Shown here: positions 24,486 to 34,546 of the stretch, one piece after another | Layout: each line of letters opens with the position of its first letter | Numbering within the stretch: the first letter of the stretch is position 1 | Origin: an uncultured bacterium | GTDB lineage: Bacteria; Desulfobacterota_D; UBA1144; Nemesobacterales; UBA2774 | Reading direction: 5' to 3' | Length of the DNA stretch: 64,000 nt | Assembly: GCA_963825135.1 (NCBI GenBank) | Contig: CAWGRW010000009.1 | Coordinates: 512,001 to 576,000, forward strand | Notes under the pieces: generated by a model | The model's database searches: none | The model's input: only the letters and a program-made list of their open reading frames with translations | What the model was told of the DNA's origin: nothing | Translations under genes and position numbers: made by a program

Positions 24486-26540
24486 CTATTCGGGGCCGCG
24501 GTTCTCAAGGTGAGCGGAGACAGCTTCCCACCTGTCGTATAATTTCTTTAATTCACCGTTCAGGCGGCTGAACTCCTTTGAGGCTTCGGCCGAGCGGCTG
24601 CCGTCCGTGAAGTTTTCCGGGTCCGCCAGGAATGTTTCGACGTCGGATATGTTCGCCTCGATACCGTGGATCCTCCGTTCGAGCTCCGTCAGGGCCGACC
24701 TGAGCTGCTTTAACGAAAGCTCGTCCCAGTTCTCCATATTCTCGATGCCGCGCTCGACGAGCTCCCTGTAAAGCCGGTTACGCCTCTCGGCCTCGATCCT
24801 CTTGGATTCACTCGTTTCCGAAATTCCGACTTGCGCCCGGTCGTAGCCAGTATGCTTTCCGTTCTTTCCCGAGGCGCTACCCCGGACGTTGTCCGAGGCC
24901 TCCTCGGACTCTTTGAGACTCTGGTGGTATCTGTACTCCGAATACGTACCCGGATACGTGACGATCCGGCCGCTCGATGCGTACCAGATCTTGTTCGTTA
25001 CCCTGTCGAGGAAGTGCCTGTCGTGACTCACGACGAGGAAAGTCCCTTTATACTGCCTGAGGGCCTCTATGAGCACGTTTCTCGACTGTATGTCCAGGTG
25101 GTTCGTGGGTTCGTCGAGAACCAGGAAGTTCCTGGGAGAGAGGAGCGTTTTGGCGAGCGCGACGCGGCTCTTCTCCCCTCCCGATAATACCGACACTTTT
25201 TTATATACGTCCCCTTCGGAGAACAGGAACGCGCCGAGAAGAGACCTGATTTGGGTCACATTACGCGCTTCCGCCACAGACTCGAGCTCCTCTATTATCG
25301 TATTGGAAGGATCGAGAGATTCGGCGAGGTGCTGGGCAAAAAAAGTGACGGCCACGTTGTGCCCCTCCTTCCTCTCGCCCTCAAACGTTTCAGCGCCTAT
25401 TATCATCCTCGCGAGAGTGCTCTTTCCCGCCCCGTTCTTCCCGATGAGGGCTATTTTATCCCCCCTCGACACGACAAGCGGCTCCGCGTCCTCAAACACC
25501 CGGACGTCCATCCCGTCCTCGCCCCTGTACGATTTGGAGAACCGGGACAGCTCGAGCACAGTCTTCCCCGACCGCTCGGGCTCCGGAAACTTGAAATGGA
25601 TGGCGGGGTCCTCAGCGGGAGGCGGAGGTATCCTCTCGAGCTTCTCCAGAGCCTTTATACGGCTCTGGGCCTGTTTCGCTTTCGTGCTCTTATACCTGAA
25701 CCTCTCGATGAACCGCTCTGTATCTTTTATTTTCCTCTGCTGGTTGTCGTATGCGGATTTATGGATAGCGAGGCGGGACTTCCTCTCCTTGAGATAATAA
25801 GAGTAATTCCCGGCGTACTCCGTAATCCGGCCCATGCCGAGCTCGGCTATCGTGTCCACCATTCGGTCGAGGAAATACTGGTCGTGCGATACCAGTATCA
25901 CGGTCCCCTTGAAGTCCTGCAGGTATTTCTCAAGCCAGTCGATGCTCTCTATATCCAGGTGGTTGGTAGGCTCGTCGAGAAGAAGGACGTCGGGCTTCAC
26001 CAAAAGGAGCTTGGCCAGGGCTACCCTCATCCTCCATCCTCCCGAGAATGTGCCGAGCGGCCGGGTCAGGTCTTCCGTCTCGAACCCAAGGCCCAGGAGC
26101 AGCTTCTCGGTCTGATACCGGACCGTGTGGGACCCCCTCGCGTTAAGCTCGCTCTGAATCGCATCGAGTCTCAGGAGAAGCCTGCCCCTCTCCACAGGGC
26201 TCTCGTCTCCGAGCCTCCCGAGCCCCTCTCTGACCGATTCCATCTCCCTCTCGAGCTCCTGTATCTCGCGGAACGCGGTCATGCCCTCCTCGACCACGGT
26301 GTTGCCCGATACGGAGTCGCCCACCTCCTGAGGCAGGTAGCCCACCGTTACGCCCGGAGGCACGATTACAGCTCCGCTGTCAGGCTCCGCGAGTCCGGCC
26401 ATGATATTGAGAAGCGTGGTCTTCCCCACGCCGTTAGGACCGAAGAGGCCTATCCTCTTGCGGTCTTTTATGTGCCAGGTGAGATTTTTAAAAATCTCCC
26501 TCGACCCGTATGAGAGGGAAATATCATCGAGCTGAATCAT
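24486..26540 (-). CDS. ABC-F family ATPase
   Basis: Two NBDs (GPNGVGKT/FSGGW/LDEPTNHLD; GKNGAGKS/LSGGE), no TM segments, C-terminal coiled coil. Confidence 0.95.
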   Translation of the reverse strand: MIQLDDISLSYGSREIFKNLTWHIKDRKRIGLFGPNGVGKTTLLNIMAGLAEPDSGAVIVPPGVTVGYLPQEVGDSVSGNTVVEEGMTAFREIQELEREMESVREGLGRLGDESPVERGRLLLRLDAIQSELNARGSHTVRYQTEKLLLGLGFETEDLTRPLGTFSGGWRMRVALAKLLLVKPDVLLLDEPTNHLDIESIDWLEKYLQDFKGTVILVSHDQYFLDRMVDTIAELGMGRITEYAGNYSYYLKERKSRLAIHKSAYDNQQRKIKDTERFIERFRYKSTKAKQAQSRIKALEKLERIPPPPAEDPAIHFKFPEPERSGKTVLELSRFSKSYRGEDGMDVRVFEDAEPLVVSRGDKIALIGKNGAGKSTLARMIIGAETFEGERKEGHNVAVTFFAQHLAESLDPSNTIIEELESVAEARNVTQIRSLLGAFLFSEGDVYKKVSVLSGGEKSRVALAKTLLSPRNFLVLDEPTNHLDIQSRNVLIEALRQYKGTFLVVSHDRHFLDRVTNKIWYASSGRIVTYPGTYSEYRYHQSLKESEEASDNVRGSASGKNGKHTGYDRAQVGISETSESKRIEAERRNRLYRELVERGIENMENWDELSLKQLRSALTELERRIHGIEANISDVETFLADPENFTDGSRSAEASKEFSRLNGELKKLYDRWEAVSAHLENRGPE

Positions 26541-26577
26541 CGTTTGTTAGTTTCGGAGAAATATCAGAAACCCTTAT

Positions 26578-26928
26578 CTATTCCTTTTTGAAATCGAGCC
26601 TGGTCTTAATATATTCGAAATCGGTCTCGGGGACGAGCGTAAGCGTTTTCTTATCCCCGCTGAATTCATACGAGAAAGTCACCTCGCCCCCTTTGTCGAA
26701 CTTCAGGACGAGAGTTTTGTCGTCGTAGCTGTATTCTCCGTTGAGGTTAAAGGATATGGTGCTCCCAACGACGAATTTGAATGAACGGTCGCTGCCGAAC
26801 TTGAGCTCGGTCATCCCCGCCTTCCACTTCCCGGCAAACGGATTGAAGAGACTCTTTACCGCGTCGCATCCCGAAACCGCGACCGAAATGAAAAGCATGA
26901 GCGCCGCTAACGTCATTACCCTGCGCAT
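26578..26928 (-). CDS. Small lipoprotein, lipocalin-like beta-barrel
   Basis: GGAGG SD before ATG at 26928; lipobox VSGC; FAGKW and GEYSY motifs. Confidence 0.7.
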   Translation of the reverse strand: MRRVMTLAALMLFISVAVSGCDAVKSLFNPFAGKWKAGMTELKFGSDRSFKFVVGSTISFNLNGEYSYDDKTLVLKFDKGGEVTFSYEFSGDKKTLTLVPETDFEYIKTRLDFKKE

Positions 26929-26964
26929 ATCCGAAACCCTCCTTCCCGCCAATTAACTATCAGT

Positions 26965-27540
26965 TTAACCGACAGACAGCAGCCCGAACATGTAAACCGT
27001 CATATAAGATATACCAAGGGATATGAGCACCGCAAATGTGAATACATATTTATTGAGAAGAGACAGGTAATTGCCGTTCCTCCAAAGAAAGAACGCCCCT
27101 GATAGAATCAGCGCGCCAACGGATATGCCGGCGTAGAAAAGTATGAGGAGGTGGAACACGGCCATCGGGACGGGATAGAGGCCGACCACCGCGCTTGCGG
27201 GAAAGAGAGCCGACAATATCAGCGCGGGCACGAGAATGAAGACAGTTCTCCCGAGCCTGCCGGCCATGCCCGCCCTCCTCTTCCTCGAATCCCCGCGTAA
27301 GGAGACCGCAAATACCAGGGCGCTGAGAAGTACGTGAGCACACAGAAAGATAGGGATAAGCGAAAGGTTGAAAAACGGATGCTCGTATTTTAAAGCGGTC
27401 CCGAAAAATACATAAACTACCGACGCCGCAAGAACCGAAATCAGCATGAAATATAAGCCTTTAAGCATTATCGAGCCCGCTCCGCATCCGGAGATAAGAA
27501 TAATGCAGAAAAGAATCGCCGGCAGAAAAACTTTTTCCAT
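26965..27540 (-). CDS. Polytopic membrane protein with an N-terminal lipobox-like segment
   Basis: ISGC after the first hydrophobic stretch; about 5 further TM segments. Confidence 0.65.
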   Translation of the reverse strand: MEKVFLPAILFCIILISGCGAGSIMLKGLYFMLISVLAASVVYVFFGTALKYEHPFFNLSLIPIFLCAHVLLSALVFAVSLRGDSRKRRAGMAGRLGRTVFILVPALILSALFPASAVVGLYPVPMAVFHLLILFYAGISVGALILSGAFFLWRNGNYLSLLNKYVFTFAVLISLGISYMTVYMFGLLSVG

Positions 27541-27621
27541 AGGCTCACGAACGATCTTGCTTTTTTTTGCGGGGACAAATATCTTTAGCTCGAAGCAAGA
27601 TCGGTCATTTCAAGGGAACCC

Positions 27622-28326
27622 ATGAAACGTAATAGACCGGTGATCGGCATCACGACCGACATCAAGGACGGCAATTTTGTAATCGAGGACGCGTACGCGC
27701 GGGCCGTGGCGAAGGCCGGGGGGATTCCGTTCCTCATACCGTCGATACCGGACAATCCGGATCTGCTAAGAGAGGCCGCCGCCGGGCTCGACGGGCTTCT
27801 CCTGCCCGGGTCGAGGGACATGGACCCTAAATTCTATGGCGAGGAGCCCCATCCGAAGCTCCGGCCGATGAGCATTGAAAGAACGGAGACCGAGTTCATA
27901 GTGCTCGGGGAGTCCCGGGAGAGAAAAATCCCTGTTCTCGGCATCTGCGGGGGAATGCAGATGCTTAACGTCTTTTTGGGCGGCTCCCTCTATCAGGACA
28001 TCTCCTCGTTCCTGTCCGACGCGTTACCGCACGAGAAGGGAGCAGTCCACGATATTCTCGCGGAGAGCGGATCGTCCCTTGCCGGCGTGCTCGGAATAAG
28101 GGAATTCCCCGTAAAGAGCTACCACCATCAATCGGTCAAAGAGCTCGGCAGGGGGTTAAGGGTCTCGGCGCGCGCGCCCGACGGAATTGTAGAAGGGATA
28201 GAGTCGCCCGAGCCGCAATATATAATAGGGGTACAATGGCACCCCGAGCGCGAGGATTCCGAAATTTCAGACCGTATATTTAAATCGTTTATCGAAGAAT
28301 GCGGTCACTCAAAAGGGAACGGATAA
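27622..28326 (+). CDS. Gamma-glutamyl-gamma-aminobutyrate hydrolase / peptidase C26 family (class I GATase)
   Basis: PVIGIT, GICGGMQ, SYHHQ and GVQWHPE motifs. Confidence 0.9.
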   Translation: MKRNRPVIGITTDIKDGNFVIEDAYARAVAKAGGIPFLIPSIPDNPDLLREAAAGLDGLLLPGSRDMDPKFYGEEPHPKLRPMSIERTETEFIVLGESRERKIPVLGICGGMQMLNVFLGGSLYQDISSFLSDALPHEKGAVHDILAESGSSLAGVLGIREFPVKSYHHQSVKELGRGLRVSARAPDGIVEGIESPEPQYIIGVQWHPEREDSEISDRIFKSFIEECGHSKGNG

Positions 28327-28336
28327 ACGGCGAGCG

Positions 28337-28808
28337 CTACTTCGAGCCGCTCTGTTTAAGTAGCGTAAGAAACTCTGCAAGAGTTCTCGGCGCATCAGAC
28401 GACGAGCCGACTATGAATCCGGCTATCGCGGCCGTGAGACCCGACTCGAGCGGATACTTGTAAACAAGCTCCAGGGGGTCGGTATTCTAATCCCGCCTGC
28501 GCGGGTTGCGATTTTGTTTTCACTCTCCCCCCCATCCTGTAGCGGCCGGTAAGAAGGAGGGCAATCAGCACAATCCCCGCTGCGAGTATGATCACCGCCG
28601 ACCCGCTTATAAGCGCGGCCTGGTAGGGGGCAAACAGGGTTTCCAGATAGAGGTACAGGGACCACACGAGAAAGCCCAGCCCCAATACGGCTATTACGGA
28701 CGATATGCACAGGACTACCAGCAGTATAAGCAGCCTGAAGAGCATCGACCTGAGAGCGGCGAAATCGGGCTTAACCGAGCTTAAGAGTATGTTAATTATT
28801 TCTTTCAA
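28337..28808 (-). pseudogene. YqjE/holin-X-like membrane protein with an apparent +1 frameshift near 28485
   Basis: Two TM helices in frame 1; a natural-looking tail (TDPLELVYKYPLESGLTAAIAGFIVG…SGSK*) continues in the +1 frame to TAG at 28337. Confidence 0.6.
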
Positions 28809-28819
28809 ATCGCCTGAAC

Positions 28820-29113
28820 CTACCTGCGGTCAACAATTTTTCCAAGGACAAGCCCCGCCAGAAACGCGATAAGGAGGCTCATCAAAGGCTTTTCCTGGAT
28901 TTTACGCTCAACCGTCTCAACCGTCTCGCCGCTCCTATCGCGCGCCGAATGGAGGTTCGACATAAATTCGCCCATGACTCTGTCCCTGGCGGTATCCGTC
29001 TCGCTCTTCCCCTTTTCGAGCAAAGACTTGGCCAGCTGCGACAGATCGGCCCTTAACCTCGTAACGTCCTCCCGGAGCGTTTCCAAATCCTGACCCAGTT
29101 TTTCCTGACTCAT
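28820..29113 (-). CDS. ElaB/YqjD/DUF883 family tail-anchored protein
   Basis: Coiled coil then IQEKPLMSLLIAFLAGLVLG; GGAAGG SD before ATG at 29113. Confidence 0.88.
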   Translation of the reverse strand: MSQEKLGQDLETLREDVTRLRADLSQLAKSLLEKGKSETDTARDRVMGEFMSNLHSARDRSGETVETVERKIQEKPLMSLLIAFLAGLVLGKIVDRR

Positions 29114-29247
29114 ATGTGTCACCTTCCCATACAGATTTATTAATAATAATAACACCTTTGAGTGCAAATCTAAACTAATATTTTGCCGCCGGATGGGTTT
29201 CTGAAGAGACTATCGGCTAGTTTGTAAATGAGTAAGGCGGGTTATAT

Positions 29248-30102
29248 CTATTTTTCGGCGCTGTATCCGGAGATGACGGCAAGCCGCTCAAGGGGCATGG
29301 CGCCCTCGTAGAACTTTCCGCCTATTTCCCATGTGGGGTAATTCTCTATAGCCTTGGCGAAACATAGGGACGGATTCGCGTTTTTCCCGGACGGATTACA
29401 TTCGACGTATTTGATATATTTAAACGCATCGCCGAACATCTTTTTCTGCAGATTACAATGAGGGCATTTGAACGAGCCGTACATCACCGCGCCGTGTTCC
29501 CCCATATACACTGCGAGCCCGGTTTGAAAGGAGTCGGAGGGCTCTGAAAGGCCGGACGCCGTACCTGACGGTTCACCGAATTTCTCAGCCTGAACCAATG
29601 CGGCGCCGAGTATTACGGTGGCGGCGACGGCAAGGCTCAGCACCATAATATAAGACGCCGACAATTTCGGGTGATACTCGGATTTTGCCGTAATGAGGGC
29701 TATAAAAATTATCGTCATCAGGACCGCGGAGACGATGCAGTACATGCAGACCGCTTTTATGACGAAAAATTCGATGTACGTGAGGTATGCGGAGAATACG
29801 AACCCGGCCAGAGCCAGAATATACAGCAGAAGCCACTTCGTCCGGTTTTTGATTGTTATCAGGGAAACCGCGAATATAACTGAGTAGCCCACGACCCCCA
29901 AGGCGGCGACGGGGATGCCGAAGATGGTGGAGAAACCGCTCTGCCTCACCGTATCGCAATCCGTCCCCGAGGGGCAGAAGACTGCATGGGACTGAGTAAT
30001 GTGCAGGTACGCGAGATAGAGAGACAATATCATACCCACGGCGGCGAGCGCCGATATAGCGGGTTTTATACGACTACTCTTGTGTTTGCTGTCGGAACTC
30101 AT
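29248..30102 (-). CDS. VKOR-thioredoxin fusion (disulfide bond formation)
   Basis: Loop Cys pair CPSGTDC, CMYC in a TM helix, C-terminal CPHC and YPTW thioredoxin domain. Confidence 0.92.
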   Translation of the reverse strand: MSSDSKHKSSRIKPAISALAAVGMILSLYLAYLHITQSHAVFCPSGTDCDTVRQSGFSTIFGIPVAALGVVGYSVIFAVSLITIKNRTKWLLLYILALAGFVFSAYLTYIEFFVIKAVCMYCIVSAVLMTIIFIALITAKSEYHPKLSASYIMVLSLAVAATVILGAALVQAEKFGEPSGTASGLSEPSDSFQTGLAVYMGEHGAVMYGSFKCPHCNLQKKMFGDAFKYIKYVECNPSGKNANPSLCFAKAIENYPTWEIGGKFYEGAMPLERLAVISGYSAEK

Positions 30103-30186
30103 AAGAGCTAAATTATAACTACCGGATTTAAGAATTCATACCCGAATAATCTAAAACTTCCGCCGACCCGCCGGTTGACCGTCACA

Positions 30187-32343
30187 TCAATTCTCATAAA
30201 ATTTATTGCCGCCGACCGCGGTGTTTTTCAGGATGACGGGAGGAGTATACCTGGTGCCGTATCTCACGCTGAGGTTGTGGAGTTTTTTCAATACCTCGCC
30301 GGCCCCGATCGAGTCAACGTACCTGAACGGACCGCCCCTGTAATTCGGGAACCCGAGTCCCAGGAGCGCTCCCACGTCCCCTTCCCTGGCGCTGCCGATG
30401 ACCTCTTCCTGAAGGCACAGCATCGCCTCATTCACCATTGCGAGTACCAGCCTGTCCTGAATGTATTCCTGTGAAACGCTTTCCGAATCGCCCTCTTCCA
30501 GAGACAACAGCTTATTAAGCGACCTGTCCAGCCTTTTTTCATCCCTGCCGTATTTGTAGAACCCTTTGCCGCTCCTGACCCCGGTCCTTCCGTCCTCGAT
30601 CATGCCGTCGAGCATCGAGAGCGGCTTCATCCGCTCCGCCGACTGTTTAAACGCGGCCTGAGAGCCCTTTTGAACGAGATCGATGCCGATTTCATCCATA
30701 GCGCTGAACGGCCCTTCCGGAAACCCGAACTGCGTCATCGCGTCCTCTATTTCCTGAACCCCTATTCCCTCGCTCAGCAGATGGAGAGCTTCATTAAAAT
30801 AGGCGAGCTGTATGCGGGTCGTATAAAAACCGGTCTTATTCTTCACTACGATCGGTATTTTCCCGAGGCTCCTGCCGAATTCAACCATTTCCGCTATGGT
30901 TTCCTGAGACGTATTTTCGGCGACGGCGACCTCCATGAGCTCCGTCTCGTGTATAGACCCCGGGATGCGCATGCCCACGATCCTTTCGGGCCGCCTGGAG
31001 CCGCCGGTGATAAGCGCTACCGGGAGAGCGAAGGAGTTCGAGACGTATATGTGATCCCCTCCCTGGAGCGACTCGACCTCTTTAAGTATCCTGCGTTTTT
31101 CCTCCAGGTCCTCCCCGGAAGACTCTATAATGATGTCGGCCCTTTTGAAACCGCTATAATCGGCCGCCCCGCTTATCAGGTCGAGCTTCCTCTCCGCTCC
31201 GAGCTCGTCCGTTTCGTGTTCTCCCAGCTTGTCCATAAAGAATTCGAAACACGCTTTCAGGTTCTTCGCCGCTGCGTTAACGTCCTTACCCTTTATCCTC
31301 ACTCGAATGCCCTTATCCGCGGCCAGGCAGGCGATACCTGCTCCGTGATTCTCGTCGCCTATAATGGCTATCTTTTCGACTCTCTTTCTGGTCTTATGGC
31401 CCGCCCTCGTGAATCTGCCGTCATTCTTTATCTCGTCTACGGCTATGCTCGATCTGATTAACTGTCTGGAATATCCCGTCACGGCGAGCTCGCCGAAATA
31501 AACGGACTCCGCGTGAAGCCCCCTGTTGAAGCTCGCGACGCCTATCTCAAGGGCCTCGATTGCCATTCTGGAAGCCGTAACGTAAAGCTCGCGGTTTCCC
31601 TTTATCTCCTTTTTCGCCTTATCGAAATACATTTTCCTGGACACCGGGTTTTCTTTTATCAGGGCGTTCGCCATGCCGCTGAAACGAAGACGTCTCGGCT
31701 TGAATTCCTTGTTCGATAAATCGAGCGCGCGTTTCTTGGCGATACCGAGAAGGTACTCCCCGGGGACGACCTCGTCGAGCAGCCCCATCTGCCTCGACCT
31801 TTGAGGGTCGAGCGTCTCTCCCGAGAGGATCATATCGAGGGTCTCTTTCGTGCCTATGAGCCTTGCAAGCTTGAGCATCCCACCGGCGCAGGGAATCAAG
31901 CCCATATCTATCTGGTCGAGACCCAGTACCGTATGCACGTTATTCGCGGCGACCCTGTACTTGCACGATATCGCGAACTCAAGACCGATCCCGAGGCACG
32001 CGCCCTGGATCGCGGCCACAAACGGGGCCCTCGAGTTCTCTATCTTCTCCGATATTTCCTGGGCCTTCAGACTGTACGACCTGCCTTCGTCGGCGAGAGT
32101 GAAACTGAGGAATTCCCCCGCGTCGGCGCCGTTTATGAAGCTCCCCTCTTTGGCGCTCGCGATCACGACCGCCCTTATCTCGTCGTTGCTCTGCAGCATA
32201 TCGAGCTCTCCCTCAATCTTGTTGAGGAATTCTTCGAGAGACATGAAGCTCTCCTGGCCTATCCTGTTGACGGCGCTGCCCGGAGTGTTGATAGTCACCA
32301 CCGCGACGCCAGTATCATCTATCGTATATGATATGCTGCTCAT
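30187..32343 (-). CDS. FadJ-like fatty acid oxidation multifunctional protein with degenerate active sites
   Basis: Crotonase domain plus 3-hydroxyacyl-CoA dehydrogenase architecture (GPF…DEIGID, GKGFY, GLGFP…GGPF); key catalytic motifs altered. Confidence 0.85.
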   Translation of the reverse strand: MSSISYTIDDTGVAVVTINTPGSAVNRIGQESFMSLEEFLNKIEGELDMLQSNDEIRAVVIASAKEGSFINGADAGEFLSFTLADEGRSYSLKAQEISEKIENSRAPFVAAIQGACLGIGLEFAISCKYRVAANNVHTVLGLDQIDMGLIPCAGGMLKLARLIGTKETLDMILSGETLDPQRSRQMGLLDEVVPGEYLLGIAKKRALDLSNKEFKPRRLRFSGMANALIKENPVSRKMYFDKAKKEIKGNRELYVTASRMAIEALEIGVASFNRGLHAESVYFGELAVTGYSRQLIRSSIAVDEIKNDGRFTRAGHKTRKRVEKIAIIGDENHGAGIACLAADKGIRVRIKGKDVNAAAKNLKACFEFFMDKLGEHETDELGAERKLDLISGAADYSGFKRADIIIESSGEDLEEKRRILKEVESLQGGDHIYVSNSFALPVALITGGSRRPERIVGMRIPGSIHETELMEVAVAENTSQETIAEMVEFGRSLGKIPIVVKNKTGFYTTRIQLAYFNEALHLLSEGIGVQEIEDAMTQFGFPEGPFSAMDEIGIDLVQKGSQAAFKQSAERMKPLSMLDGMIEDGRTGVRSGKGFYKYGRDEKRLDRSLNKLLSLEEGDSESVSQEYIQDRLVLAMVNEAMLCLQEEVIGSAREGDVGALLGLGFPNYRGGPFRYVDSIGAGEVLKKLHNLSVRYGTRYTPPVILKNTAVGGNKFYEN

Positions 32344-32365
32344 TAGTATTATTCCGGGTTACCCG

Positions 32366-33664
32366 TTATTCCTTTTCAAGCACTATCGAGATTCCGAGAC
32401 CGCCCGCGGAAGGGAGACTGACGAGTCCGAAATTTCCTTTCCTCTTCGACATCCTGTAAACGAGAGTCATGATAATCCTGGCGCCAGTTGCGCCCAGGGT
32501 GTGACCTATTGCGATAGAGCCCCCGGAGACGTTTAGCCTGTCCATGTCGATCTCTCCCACAGGCTGGCTCCTCCCGAGCTTCTCCTTCGCGAACCCCTTG
32601 GAACCAAGCGCCCTTACATATGAGATAACCTGTGAGGAGAAAGCCTCGTGTATCTCTACCAGATCGACCTCTGCGAGCTCGATTCCGGCACGGTCGAGCG
32701 CAGCCGGGGTCGAATATGCCGGACTCAGCAGCGGCTCCTCCGATGGGTCGAGAGCGGCGTATGCGTAGGACCTGACAAATACCATCGGCTTATAACCGAG
32801 CGCCCTCGCCTTATCCTCCGACATGAGGAGTATCACCGAGGCTCCGTCGGTAAGGGGCGCAGAGTTTCCCTCCGTCACCGTACCGAATTCCTTATCGAAA
32901 CAGGGCGGCATGTTCGAGAGTGTTTCGATGCTCATTCCGTCTCCGACGCAGTTATCGCCGGAAACGACCTCGGTAAAATCGGGAGGCACGAAGGTATGAA
33001 TTATTTCGTCCTCGAATATGCCCTCCGCCTGGGCCCTCGAGGCGAGGGTGTGGCTCCTCAAGGCAAAGGAGTCCTGTTCTTCCCTGCTGATCTGATATGT
33101 CCGGGCGAGCTTCTCCGCGGATTCCCCCAGCGTATTCCCGGCCGAACGTTCAGGCAGCAGAGGCAGCGAAAACGCATTTTCACCCGTACCCATTTTAAGC
33201 AGCGGCATTGCCTTGTCGATTAAATTTATCCCCCTCGGCGAATGATAAACCCTCGACCTCGGCACCTTCGCCGACATATAGGGCGAATCCTGTATCGAGT
33301 CCGCTCCGCCCGCCAGAACGACTTCGGAATCCCCGGACAATATGCTGTCGACCGCGCTTGTGAAAGCCTGGCTCGCTGACGCGCACGCGCTCGTCACGGT
33401 GAATGCCGGGACATCGGGAGGAATTCCGGAGCCGAGCGCGATTTCACGGGCGAGGTTCGGGGTTCTGACGGAAGGGATAACACTGCCGAAAAACACCTTA
33501 TCTATATCATCGACCGATATTTCGGTCCTGTTCAGAAGCTCGACTGTCGTCATCTTCCCAAGATCGAGCGATGTGAGGTTCTTGAAAAGAGTCCCGTTTT
33601 TTATAAACGGCGTCCTTAAACCGTGGACTATGGCGACCCGTCTTCCGTGATTAATTCGACTCAC
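32366..33664 (-). CDS. FadI-like thiolase lacking the C-terminal catalytic Cys
   Basis: GLRTPF, NLAREIAL, ACAS, HEAF and GGSIAIGH motifs; SLPSAGG replaces TACAAGG. Confidence 0.88.
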   Translation of the reverse strand: MSRINHGRRVAIVHGLRTPFIKNGTLFKNLTSLDLGKMTTVELLNRTEISVDDIDKVFFGSVIPSVRTPNLAREIALGSGIPPDVPAFTVTSACASASQAFTSAVDSILSGDSEVVLAGGADSIQDSPYMSAKVPRSRVYHSPRGINLIDKAMPLLKMGTGENAFSLPLLPERSAGNTLGESAEKLARTYQISREEQDSFALRSHTLASRAQAEGIFEDEIIHTFVPPDFTEVVSGDNCVGDGMSIETLSNMPPCFDKEFGTVTEGNSAPLTDGASVILLMSEDKARALGYKPMVFVRSYAYAALDPSEEPLLSPAYSTPAALDRAGIELAEVDLVEIHEAFSSQVISYVRALGSKGFAKEKLGRSQPVGEIDMDRLNVSGGSIAIGHTLGATGARIIMTLVYRMSKRKGNFGLVSLPSAGGLGISIVLEKE

Positions 33665-33836
33665 TACCCGCTCCCGAGAAATAATTCATATCTATTTTAT
33701 CCGTGACTGCGAGGTTAAGAAAGCGAATTGAGCGCCGGAGGCTAAAATAGAGTAAACCCCGCCTCACCTCAGAGCCCGCATAAGGGCCTGTCCGAAATTC
33801 ACGGCCGAGGGGAAATTCAGTAGTTCCCGAATTTAC

Positions 33837-34295
33837 TTACGAGCCCTGAATCTCTTGCTTAACCTTCATCTTGAGCTCGATGAATTTTGAATGGTCGATA
33901 TTGAGCATCCTGTAAAGCTTCTGGGCTACGTAGTTCTCGAATTCACCCAGGGTGCCGTCCGAGTAGATGACCTCCCAGACCTCTTCCATCAATTCATACT
34001 TTTCTTCATTAGTCAGGTCATGGTTTAAGAGATTGGTAAAATACCATATGTCGGGCTCGTTCTGCCTCTCCCTCTTCGATTCCTCAAGGAGCTCCAGTAC
34101 GGCTTCGTCCGACATCCCGAACCTGTTCTTCAATATCTCGACGACTTTCTTCTGTTCCGTGTCGGAGAACGAATCGTCCGCGGTCGCCGCTTCGAGCAAC
34201 AAGACGCACGTGGCCGTCTTCAGCCTGGCTCCCCCGTCCTCTTCTTTCCTGTTGCCGCCCGCGCCCTCAAAGAGCTTTTTGAACATACTGAGCAT
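33837..34295 (-). CDS. TerB family protein
   Basis: LLEAATADD…VWEVIYSDG…E pattern; GGAGG SD. Confidence 0.85.
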   Translation of the reverse strand: MLSMFKKLFEGAGGNRKEEDGGARLKTATCVLLLEAATADDSFSDTEQKKVVEILKNRFGMSDEAVLELLEESKRERQNEPDIWYFTNLLNHDLTNEEKYELMEEVWEVIYSDGTLGEFENYVAQKLYRMLNIDHSKFIELKMKVKQEIQGS

Positions 34296-34546
34296 GGATT
34301 TACCTCCCGGTCTCCCGCGGGTATTTAATCCCTGGAAATCAGGACTGTAATGTAACCAAACTGCGCCGAAATTCCACTCTCAGGCTCCGAAGCCCTTTTC
34401 TCGACCGGGCAATCCCGGCGTCCGGGATTAACCCCGCCCGCCTGCGGGCCCGATCTCCCCGCGGAGATTACCGTCGGAGACAGATTTTTCTTGCGAACAT
34501 GTTCAAACCATGTAACATTATCGGAGCTAATTCGGAGTGCACGGAC

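Noticed and set aside
34363..34384. GCGCCGAA…ACTCTCAGG resembling a glycine riboswitch
   Set aside because: Lacks the upstream GGAGA and the GAAG-AG strand needed to pair with CUCUC; the downstream gene is nuoE
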